Notes under the pieces: generated by a model | Databases searched by the model: none | The model's input: only the letters and a program-made list of their open reading frames with translations | Told to the model about the DNA's origin: nothing | Assembly: GCA_965153285.1 (NCBI GenBank) | Contig: OZ229112.1 | DNA: 64,000 bases | Origin: Podarcis tiliguerta | Lineage: Eukaryota | Direction: 5' to 3' (one strand) | In this document: positions 14,001 to 24,337 of the stretch, piece by piece | Layout: every line of letters starts with the position of its first letter | Numbering within the stretch: position 1 is the first letter of the stretch | Program-made: the position numbers and the translations under genes

Positions 14001-14197
14001 TAGTGGTGCCCTCCCTGTGGAACGCCCTTCCTTCAGATGTCAAGGACATAAAAAAACTACACAACTTTTAGAAGACATCTGAAGGCAGCCCTGTATCGGG
14101 AAGTTTTTAATGCTTGATGTTTTACTATGTTTTTATATATGCTGTAAGCCGCCCAGAGTGGCAGGGGGAAACCTAGACAAATGGGCAGGGTATTACT

Positions 14198-14248
<51 letters not shown>
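14001..14248 (+). mobile_element. L2 LINE 3' end with microsatellite tail
   Basis: Closely similar to 17836-18020 (tgtggaacgcccttccttcagatgtcaa...agacatctgaaggcagccctgt) and ends in (ACA)n. Confidence 0.8.
14198..14248. repeat. (ACA)17 microsatellite
   Basis: Perfect trinucleotide run. Confidence 0.97.
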
Positions 14249-14276
14249 TTTTAAACACACCTAGGTTGCTCTCTTA

Positions 14277-14631
14277 GGGACATGGGTGGCACTGTGGGTC
14301 AAACCACAGAGCCTAGAACTTGTCGATCAGAAGGTCGGCGGTTCGAATCCCCGCAACAGGGTGAGCTCCCGTTGCTCGATCCCAGCTTCTGCCAACCTAG
14401 CAGTTTGAAAGCACCTCAAAGTGCAAGTAGATCAATAGGTACCACTCCAGCGGGAAGGTAGATGGCGTTTCCGTGCACTGCCCTGGTTCGCCAGAAGCGG
14501 CTTAGTCATGCTGGCCACATGACCCGGAAGCTGTACGCCGGCTCCCTCGGCCAATAAAGCGAGATGAGCGCCGCAACCCCAGAATCAGTCATGACTGGAC
14601 CTAATGGTCAGGGGTCCCTTTACCTTTACCT
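14277..14631 (+). mobile_element. Full-length Sauria SINE
   Basis: GGGACATGGGTGGCACTGTGGG head, box B GGTTCGAATCCC, body gtcatgctggccacatgacc, diagnostic (ACCTTT)n tail. Flanking duplication TAGGTTGCT at 14262-14270 and 14632-14640. Confidence 0.93.
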
Positions 14632-16159
14632 TAGGTTGCTGGTTTTGGTGGTGGTGGTGGGGAACTCACCCAAATGCAGGACAGATACAGGGTGGATGTG
14701 GAGTGTGGCTAACATCTTGCATGCTCCACTTCCCATACCAGTGGCTGCAGAGTAAATGGGAGTGTATACACAGCTTCAGTTGGGTAACCTGGTTTCATTG
14801 CCGCGCAGTGTGCAGAAAGAATCTCAGGAGTTTCTCCACCCCCTGTACTGAATAAATGGTTAGTGGGATGGAGAAAGTGGGACGTCTGAAGAGGAAAGGC
14901 GGGTACGGGTACCCATCCTGCTGCTGCATTTGCAGATCTTTGAAATGGAGAACTGCCTGAGCGAGGCACACTGTTGCACGTGGGGCGATTCTCTACCCTG
15001 CCTTTTGTATTTGACCTGCCTCATGTGGGTCCCTCTTGTTAGATTGCGGTCAGTTTGTTTACCAGGGCAGCTATAGAATTGGCAGGATTCTTGCTGCTTT
15101 TGACATTTTCATCACTGTGGCTGACAGAGATATTTGGTAAGAAGGAAAGATGTTATTTCCTTTATTTATGTAATAGCATCGTTATTTTGCTCGTAACCAT
15201 CTGGCTTTCTTCAGAGTCAGTTCCCTCCCCCAAGCAACTGTGCCTTTTTATTTATTTGGTGCTTGGCTAGTGAGATAATTAATTAGCTTATTAATGAAGC
15301 CAGTATTTTGTACATTGCAATTTGAAAATTATTTGTAAGCCAACATCTGTTCTTTATATGAAGCCATGTATTCAGAAACATAATAAGTATGGTGCAAAAA
15401 TAATTTATTGATTTCTCCCATCCTTTTGAACAGACATTCCTTTTATGACAGGGGTGTGGGGCCTTTTCCCCATTGAGGACATTTTGACTACTGGGAAAAC
15501 AGAGTTTCAACCAATGCGGGGGGGGGGGGGGCTGATCTAGATCCAAAAGTGTGTGGAGCCAAAGACCAATGAAGGTGGGATTTGCAATGTTGCAGAATTG
15601 CATTACGCTCTCCTTTCTACCTGTTCCCTCTCTCTCCCTCTTTCTCCTCTTCCCTTCCATCTCTCCATCACTTTAGCCTTCCCCAATTCTCTCTCCCCAC
15701 CGCCTACACCAACACAGGTAAGAACTGATCTCCTGCAGAGGTCTTTCCCCTCCTCCATCCCTTGTTTATTCTGTCATTATTGTCTCTCATCCCCCATCCT
15801 GGATTGACTATACAGCAGCTTCATTTCCTTATTTAGCACTGCTGGGGAGGCCAGTGGCAGAGATATTGGAGTTTGTTGACCGTATACTCAAAGGTGTCAC
15901 ATAAAAAGCTATATTGGCTAGGACTTTTTTTAAAAAAAAACACCATATTCTTCAGAACAGAAGGTAATGTGTCCGTTTCCTCCCCCCCCCCAAAAAAAAC
16001 CCCCAAACAGTTTCTATTCATTGAAGGTGGATAAGCTCTGAAACAATTTTAAAATAGCATGTGCGCTCGCTCTCTCTCTCTCTCTCTTTGTACAAGGTCC
16101 ATATAGATTTTTAACATTTTCCTAATTATTTTTGTTTTGTTTTTTTTCTTTCCCTCTAG

Positions 16160-16204
16160 GAAGCTTCAAGATAGTCATGTACAGTAGATGCCAAGAAGAT
16201 GCAG
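16160..16204 (+). other. HIVEP2: Probable 45-nt non-coding 5'UTR micro-exon of HIVEP2
   Basis: Long polypyrimidine tract ending ttccctctag, then 45 nt, then CAG|GTAACT. My recollection is that human HIVEP2 has a 45-nt exon just before the giant exon; not verified here. Confidence 0.75.
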
Positions 16205-17052
16205 GTAACTTTAAAAACAACAATACTCAAATTAAAGATATCCTTTGCTCTGGCACTAGAACAGGAAAGATTTCAAAACAAAATGAAGATATCCTATCCT
16301 TGGGAGCATGTATCATGGCTCTTCTATTTATGTGGAAAACAGGCAGAAACTGTTTAAGCAAAACTTTGACATATGCAGCTTTTCAGGGTTAGATGCCAAT
16401 GGACTGATCTAGTAATTGCCTTAGTTGTTTGATAGTTTTGCATATTCTGCATTCAAAGACTTGCAAAGAATCTTGCTAGCTGCAGATCTTCCACAAACAG
16501 GCCAGCCCTGGATGCTGCTGCATAAGTTGTAAGGACCAAACTAGGCTAATGTATGGGCTGAATTCCTGGTATATTAATTTTTTACATGTTAAATTGTATT
16601 AGGGGCTCTGAATTGGAACAGAGCGGCTGTGGGCTAACTGCAGTTTGTAGGGGATTTAGACTGGGCATAGAATCCGCAGTGGAAATGGTCTAGTTTGGTG
16701 CCCCCTGCTGCTGCTTTTCAGTAAAATTTTAAAACATCAAGAGATCACTGCATGGATTTGTATGTCACACGTAGGTTGGACCTAGCATGACCTAATCTGT
16801 GTGGATATGAGTAGGGAGCCACAAGAACAAGATGTGCATATGCATATTTTGTAACCACCTTCCCTTAAAAGCCAACGTCTGGCAGGACACATAGCTTCTT
16901 CTTCCTACTTTGTGAGCCAGGTAGAAACACAGAGATGATCCTTCTTAGAGTAGACTCTCTAGAATCAAAGGACTTAAGCTGACTACTTTCAGCAGGTCTA
17001 TTCAGAGTATCTTTTAGTTGGTTGTTATCTTTCATAGTCCCTTCCAGCAGTA

Positions 17053-17297
17053 CAGTGGTACCTTGGGTTACATACGCTTCAGGTTACATGCGCTTCAGGT
17101 TACAGACTCCGCTAACCCAGAAATAGTACCTCAGGTTAAGAACTTTGCTTCAGGATGAGAACAGAAATCATGCTCCGGTGGTGCGGCGGCAGCAGCGGGA
17201 GGCCCCGTTAGCTAAAGTGGTGCTTCAGGTTAAGAACAGTTTCAGGTTAAGAACGGACCTCCGGAATGAATTAAGTACTTAACTTGAGGTACCACTG
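17053..17297 (+). mobile_element. Tc1/mariner (pogo/Tigger-like) MITE, copy 1
   Basis: TA target duplication, TIRs CAGTGGTACCT...AGGTACCACTG, internal TCAGGTTA repeats. Confidence 0.9.
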
Positions 17298-17407
17298 TAT
17301 ATCATTTTGCTGCTTCTAACATGAGGTAGTCCTGCTGCCCATCACAATTACTGCTATTGTTCCATAGATAATATATGCTTACTGGTGTGGTTTCCAATTC
17401 TGTGTTT

Positions 17408-18050
17408 CCAATTCTGGTATGCAGGCTGAGACCCTACCTGTCCACAGACTGTCTCGCCAAAGTGGTGCATGCTCTAGTTATCTCCTGCTTGGACTACTGC
17501 AATGCGCTCTATGTGGGGCTACCTTTGAAGGTGACTCGGAAACTACAACTAATCCAGAATGTGGCAGCTAGACTGGTGACTGGGAGCGGCCGCCGAGACC
17601 ACATAATACTGGTCTTGAAAGACCTACATTGGCTCCCAGTATGTTTCCGAGCACAATTCAAAGTGTTGCTGCTGACCTTTAAAGCTCTAAATGGCCTCAG
17701 CCCAGTATACCTGAAGGAGCGTCTCCACCCACATCATTCAACCCAGACACTGAGGTCCAGGGTTGAGGGCCTTCTGGCAGCTCCCTCACTGTGAGAAGCC
17801 AAGTTACAGGGACCCAGGCACAGGGCCTTCTCGTTAGTGACGCCTGCCTTGTGGAATGCCCTCCCATCAGATGTCAAAGAAATCAACAACTATCTGACAT
17901 TTGGAAGACATCTGAAGGCAGCCCTGTTTAGGGACGTTTTTAATGTTTTAATGTATTTTTAATCTTTTGTTGGAAGCCACCCAGCGTGGCTGGGGAAACC
18001 CAGCCAGATGGGTGGGGTATAAATAATAAATTGTTGTTGTTGTTGTTGTT
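17408..18050 (+). mobile_element. L2 LINE 3' fragment (ORF2 C-terminus, 3'UTR, (TTG)n tail)
   Basis: ORF 17375-17794 has VHALVISCLDYCNALYVGLP...KLQLIQNVAARLV...LHWLPV. The frame continues past one TGA as RAFSLVTPALWNALP. Confidence 0.92.
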
Positions 18051-18435
18051 ACAATCTATGTCATTTCATTTTTAAAACAAAAACCCAAACAAACATATTT
18101 TTGTGTGCAACTTCACAAACTTCCATTCAAGCCATTGCTTGTTTGTTTTTAGGATTTTCTCCATATATTGTCTGCACAGATAGGTTGAGTGGAAGCACTG
18201 TTTCTTAATAGACATATTTGGTGGTATCAGGCCAGAACTAGACATTGTGGAAGCTGCATTGTTATTGCTGTAAACAGTGGTCCTTGGTCTCTCCTTCCTC
18301 TGTAACATCTAGCGGCATGATGTTGTGAGCTTTTTGGCAGCTGTTATCAAGTGGAAGCAAGGTTTGGAAAAATCAGAGTTCAGTAACGCTGTATCACACA
18401 CTTTCCATTTTATTTTCATTTTAAAGAAAATCCTT

Positions 18436-18640
18436 ATTACATTTATATCCCACCTTTTTTCCAAAGAGTTCAAGATTGTGTTCATGGTCCCCCCCCCCTC
18501 CATATTATCCTCACAATATCCCTGTGAGGTAGGTTAGGCTGAGAGTTGGTGACTGTCCCAAGGACACCCATGAGACTTCATAGCTGAGTGGGGAGTTGAA
18601 CCCTGATCCCTCAGGTCCTAGTCCAGCACTCTAACCACAT
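18436..18640 (-). mobile_element. tRNA-derived SINE with L2-type tail, same type as 5095-5305
   Basis: Reverse complement begins tgtggttagagtgctggactaggacctgaggg...ggttcaactcccc and shares the cctcacaggg..ttgtgagga core. Confidence 0.8.
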
Positions 18641-18810
18641 TGGTTTGTTGAATATCATGAGGGAAAAAGGAGGAAGAGATGGGAGACGGCTGCTTTCAGC
18701 AGCAACCAAGTGACTCAGAGAACATCTAGTTCCAGCCTCATTCACTTAATTGAATGTTTCTTAAGTATTTTGTTGCATTGATCTCTCTCTTTTAACTTTC
18801 TCTCTTACAG

Positions 18811-19210
18811 ACTACTGCATCTTTTTGGGAGGAATGTCTAGAACCCTGCTTTAGTTGACGAGCAAATATATCCCCCTGGATCATTCTTCTTCTGAACCCT
18901 TAAAAACCATGGATAATGTTCAAATGCCACAGCAAGTCTTGATGGATGTATAATAAAACTGTTCAGAGACACTTCCTGCCATGAACAGAACTGTGTGACA
19001 ATTAACCTTTTTTTAGCATAGAGCTACGAAAGATCTAATGCCTATAAGACTACTGCGTGGACCGTTCCACAGAGAAAGAGAAGTCTGTGAACTTGGAACA
19101 GCTCTGGAGAAATGGGAGCAACTTAACTTTAAAAAAGCACAGCACTGGAGAAACTTCATGTGCCTGAACAGCTTTCGAGTGAACTAGCACTTAAGACCTT
19201 GCGCGACAAA
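18811..19210 (+). other. HIVEP2: 5'UTR portion (400 nt) of the giant HIVEP2 exon, with 10 upstream ATGs
   Basis: Strong acceptor ctctctcttttaactttctctcttacag, non-repetitive sequence up to the ATG at 19211. Confidence 0.8.
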
Positions 19211-22200
19211 ATGGACTCCGGAGATACAGCTGTAGGGCAAAATGCTACCTCAAGGTCTGGAGAAACAGCTAAAGTACCAAGTAGATGGAGGCAGGAACAT
19301 TCGGCTAATGTTAAGATGAGCGCACTTGGCAGCCTGGAAGGACAGTCACAAAGGGACCCGGAACACATGGGGGACCCAGCATCTGCACAGCTTTTCAGTT
19401 CTGGGAAAGGAGTGTCATCTGGCGACGTTGCCCAGCAAGCCACAGACAAGCAATACCCGCAGCACCTTCCGAATCCTTACTCATGTCAACATTCGCTTTC
19501 TTTCCCCCAGCATTCATTGCCACAAGGATTCCTGCACAACCTGAAGCCGCATCAGAGCCTAGAAGGCCACAAATGGCAGTTTCCTGGCCACCTGCAGCCG
19601 GTTGCCTCCGAGGACTTGTTTCCATTTCACGTGCATGGCCATAGCGGAAGCTTCTCCAGGAAGAAGATTTCGAGTCTGAACCCTGCTTATAGCCAGTATT
19701 CTCAGAAGTGTATAGAGCAACAGTCGGAAGATGGTCATAAGAAAGAACACAAACCCAAAAAGCCTGGCAAATACATTTGCCCGTACTGTAGCCGGGCTTG
19801 TGCCAAACCTAGTGTACTTAAGAAACATATTCGGTCTCACACTGGGGAGCGTCCGTACCCTTGTGTCCCTTGCGGCTTCTCGTTTAAGACAAAGAGCAAT
19901 TTATACAAGCACAGGAAATCGCATGCCCATGCGATCAAAGCGGGATTAGTACCGTTCACAGAGTCGGCTGTATCTAAATTGGACCTAGACGCCAGTTTTA
20001 TCGACGTGGAGGCAGAGATACATTCAGATGGCGAGCAGAGTACAGATACTGACGAAGAGACTTCGTTATTTGTCGAAGGTTCTGACAAACTGAGCCCCGT
20101 TCCGCAGATTCCATTGGACATCGGTAGCAGAAGTGGCTTTCACTCATCCATAGAAGAATCCCTGGGAGGCCCAATGAAAGTCCCCATTTTGATTATTCCC
20201 AAAAGTGGTGTGCAGTTACCATGTGAAAGCTCCCCACACATTGGATCTGACAATCTGCAGAACACATTAATTAGTAAGTCTGATGACTCTCACACAGTTA
20301 AGCAGCGACTTGCACTAAGACTATCTGAGAAAAAAGGGCAGGATTCTGAGCAGTCATTAAATCTCTTGAGCCCCCACAGCAAAGGAAGCACTGACTCTGG
20401 TTATTTTTCGCGCTCAGAGAGTGCCGAGCAGCAAATAAGCCCACCAAATACAAATGCAAAGTCTTACGAAGAAATAATCTTTGGAAAATTCTATAGGATT
20501 AATCAAAGGATGGCACAACCTTTAGCGACAGCCAATCAGGATCGTAGCTCGATGGGTAGAAAAGGCAAGGCAGAGCCCCTACCTCTCACAAACCCTAGAT
20601 TAGAAATGAAGATGCTTGAAGAGCGAATGTCTCCAAATAAAGAAGCACTAATTGATCCTAGCAAAATGAGCACTATAAAAAGTAGCCAAGTCTTTAACGA
20701 CAGCAGTATGGAATCCAAACAGTCTCAGAATGTCACATCATCCATCAAAAGTGAATCAAGCCTTTATCCAGGAAGCCACCCAAGTGATTCATCTCTGCTA
20801 GAGCCTCCAGCAGATACAAACCCGCTTATTAGAAGCAACTCCATGCCGACGTCGTCTGCAACCAACTTGAATGTCCCTTCAGCTTTAAGAGGAAGCCATT
20901 CATTTGACGAGAGGATGACTGGTTCCGATGATGTGTTTTACCCCGGGACAATAGGAACACCCCACCAGCGCATGCTTATACGACAAGCGGCCTTTGAGCT
21001 GCCATCACTGCAGGAAGGACACTCAGATTCAGAGTACCATGGGAGAATAGCAAAGAACATTATGGTTGCTTCCAGCAGGTCAACCGTGGGAGAAAAAGGG
21101 TCGGGCATGAAGAAGTTGCTAACAGGGGAGAGGCCCTTTTACGAGGGGGATGCCTCTGGGAAGCACTACAGGAAATGGGAAGATTATGGGCCTTTGAAGC
21201 AAAGCTATAGAGACACACCATCTCTGAGCGGGTCAAAGCAAGGGGGAGAATTTTATCCTGAATCATCTGCACAGTTGCAGGCAGTGTCTTCTACATATAG
21301 CATTACCTTTGAAACTAGAAAGCGCAGAATACAAAAGAGTGTTGGAGATGAGGAAGACACTCCATCCTTGTGCAGCGGTGCTTCCGGCAGCCCCATGAGT
21401 GGCGATTTTGATCCTAAATTACAAATCCAGGAAGGGCCAAGGACCAGATATGCCGTCCAAAGCCACGACAGTTCTGTGCACTCTCACCCAGACCGCTTTG
21501 AAATTTGCAGACCCCACCTGCAGTCTGGAAGCCCAGCCACAAGCTTAGAAGAATGCTCCTTGACAAGCGATCAAGAAAAGGCTTCGGAGTCCCTGAGCAG
21601 AAAAGGCAACGTAATCTCTGTCATTCAACACACAAATTCATTAAGCCGGCCCAACTCGTTTGAAAGGTCTGAATCTACAGAGCTTGTCGTTTGCCAGCAA
21701 GATAAGATGTATTCGTCGTCTGAGACTTGTGAAAGTGAGATTGCAGATTCCCCAATGAGCCCGGATAGGGTCCCGCAAACGGAAACCGCTGACAGCATTG
21801 TTTGCAAGCAGCCTTCTTCGTCCCAACATTCTCAGTCATATCACATGCAGCCCAGGCTTGTTCGCCAGCATAATATTCAGGTACCTGAAATCCGCGTGAC
21901 GGAGGAGCCTGATAAACCCGAGAGAGAGAGGGAAGCCCCAGCCAAAGAGCCGGAGAAGCCTGCAGAAGAGTTCCAGTGGCCACAGAGGAGCGAAACCCTT
22001 TCTCAGCTGCCGGCCGAGAAGCTACCTCCGAAGAAGAAACGCTTGCGGCTGGCTGACTTGGAGCACTCCTCTGGAGAGTCCAGCTTTGAGTCCACAGGGA
22101 CGAGCCTTTCTCGGAGCCCTAGCCAAGAGAGCAATTTGTCCCATAGTTCCAGTTTGTCCATGTCCTTCGAGAGGGAGGACAGTATCAAGTTCGTAACGTC

Positions 22201-24337
22201 AACAAGGCAGGATGAGTTTGGCAAACAGTCTGAGTTTTTAACCGTCCCGGCTGGCGGTTACTCACTCTCTGTCCCTGGGCATCACCAACAGAAGGAAATG
22301 AGGCGCTGCTCGTCCGAACAGATGCCCTGTCCCCACCCTGCCGAAATCCCTGAGATCCGAAGCAAATCCTTTGACTACGGGAATCTGACTCATGCTTCGA
22401 CAGTAGGTCCGCCTCCTACCTCTTTATCTCCAGCAAGAGAAAGGAAAAAATGCTTTTTGGTTCGCCAGGCTTCTTTCAGTGGTTCTCCGGAGATTTCCCA
22501 AGCTGATCCAAGCATGGAACAAAATATAAAGCAAGAGCAAATGGAGCACGGGCATGCCGGCCTTCGGTCTTCCCATGTGGCTTGGCCTCTTTCCCCCTCT
22601 TCTGTCCAATTGGATGACTCCGGGAAGCAGTCTGCTGGTTCTTGTCCCCCACGCAGCACTAGTTTATCTCCACTTTCCCATTCCTCAATCCTGCAAGCAC
22701 CTTATATTCCAAGCAAATACTCAACAGAACAGCAACATCTATTTGCACTGCAAGAAAAGGTTCCCTTTCTCCCCTTCCAGAGCACGTTGTTGCAGTTTCC
22801 GTATCCGTCAGTCTGCATGGTTCACTTGCCCTCTCAGCCCCTGTGGCCTTCGGAACACTCTCAGTCCCCCTTTCCGCATCATTTTGTACAGCAGCTTCAG
22901 AAAACTTACTCCAAGCAACCTTTCTCAACTGAAAGCCACCCTGGCTACCACCTGGAATATGCTCAGGAGCATATCAGAAAGAAAACTGCTGATTATGTCC
23001 ATGCTAAAGAGCAAACCTACCAGCGTTACTCAGGAACATCAGGACAGTATTCTAAAAATGCACTTGCAACATACCAGCCCGATTGTAGCATTAAATCAAC
23101 CGATACCTCTTCTGAACAACAGCTACAGGTGGATTTTGAAACCCAGAATATTGGGCCTGCCCAATCGTTACCAGGCACAGTTGTTCCCGTCAGGATCCAG
23201 ACCCACGTGCCATCCTATGGTAGTGTTATGTACACAAGCATTTCCCAGATTCTTGCTCAGAGCAGCAGCCCTGCCATTGTCATTTGCAAAGTCGACGAGA
23301 CTCTTTCTCAAAGGACATTAGCCACCAGTGCAACCATGCATGGCATAGGATTCAACATAGCGCAGATGTTAGGCCAGCATGGAGGGTTGTGGAAAGTACC
23401 GCAGACCTTGTCCCTGAACTTAGATCCTTCCATCCCATTGTGCTTAACCTCCAGCTCAGATAGTGCCTCTACCCTAGGCGGAAACAAGCGAATGCTTTCA
23501 CCGGCAAGCAGCCTGGAGCTCTTCATGGAAACCAAGCAACAAAAGAGAGTAAAGGATGAAAAGATGTATGGGCAGATTGTCGAGGAGCTAAGTGCTGTAG
23601 AACTCACCAGTTCGGACATAAAGAAAAGCTTCCCCAGACCTCAAAAGCCTCAGCTGGTTAGGCAGAGCTGTACTACTGAGCCAAAAGAAAGCGTGCCGTC
23701 CTCTCCGTTGCCGTCCTCGTCATCTCAAGATTCGCCAGCTACCAACATGCCTCCCACTGAGCTTTCCCCAGTAAGCAGGGAGAAGCTCCCTAGCTTTGAC
23801 TCTGCTTCTCCAGGGCAAAAGTCTAGTGGTACCTCGGAAGGCCGAGAATCCCCAGAAGAACTGGACGTAGATGAAGCATCATCTGACATGAGTCTCAGCC
23901 CCACCAGGTTGCCATCAGCGGAAAGCCAGATAGAAGACGAACCCAAGCAACAGAAATTGCCGTTTGGTATGTTGGTACAAATGGCATCGCAGCCAAGTGG
24001 GAAAGCGGTGACTTCGACAATTCTCCTGACAGATCTCGCAGACTTCCAGCAAATCCTACAGTTCCCTAGTTTGCGCACTACCACAACTGTGAGCTGGTGC
24101 TTCTTAAACTACACAAAGCCTAGTTTTGTCCAGCAAACAACCCTGAAATCGTCTGTTTATGCTTCATGGTGCATTAGTTCTTGTAACCCAAACCCATCAG
24201 GATTGAGTACGAAGATTACCCTTGCACTCCTACGGTCCAAACAGAAAAACAGCACGGAAATCTATACACTGGCTCCAATGTATAGGCCCGGAACAGGGAA
24301 ACTGACATCATCAAGTGCATGGAAACAGTTTGCTCAG
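19211..24337 (+). CDS. HIVEP2: HIVEP2 first coding exon, coding part of a 5527-nt internal exon 18811-24337; ZF1-2 at 19772-19930, [11 protein letters not shown] at 22025-22048
   Basis: 1755-aa ORF in the track. ATG at 19211 in AAAATGG context. Donor CAG|GTAACT after 24337 (phase 0). Acceptor tctcttacag at 18801-18810. Confidence 0.96.

Noticed and set aside
14057-14260. Poly-cysteine ORF
   Set aside because: It is the antisense reading of the (ACA)17 microsatellite on an L2 tail.
17375-17794. 139-aa ORF as a host gene or exon
   Set aside because: Truncated L2 ORF2 with an internal stop; annotated as a mobile element.
18952-18957. AATAAA inside the 5'UTR part of the giant exon
   Set aside because: Use would remove the whole CDS; likely chance in AT-rich sequence, with no supporting evidence.
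19160-19210. ORF-track start at GTG 19160 for the 1755-aa ORF
   Set aside because: HIVEP2 homology begins at the ATG at 19211 (MDSGDT), which has a good Kozak context. GTG starts come from the ORF caller.
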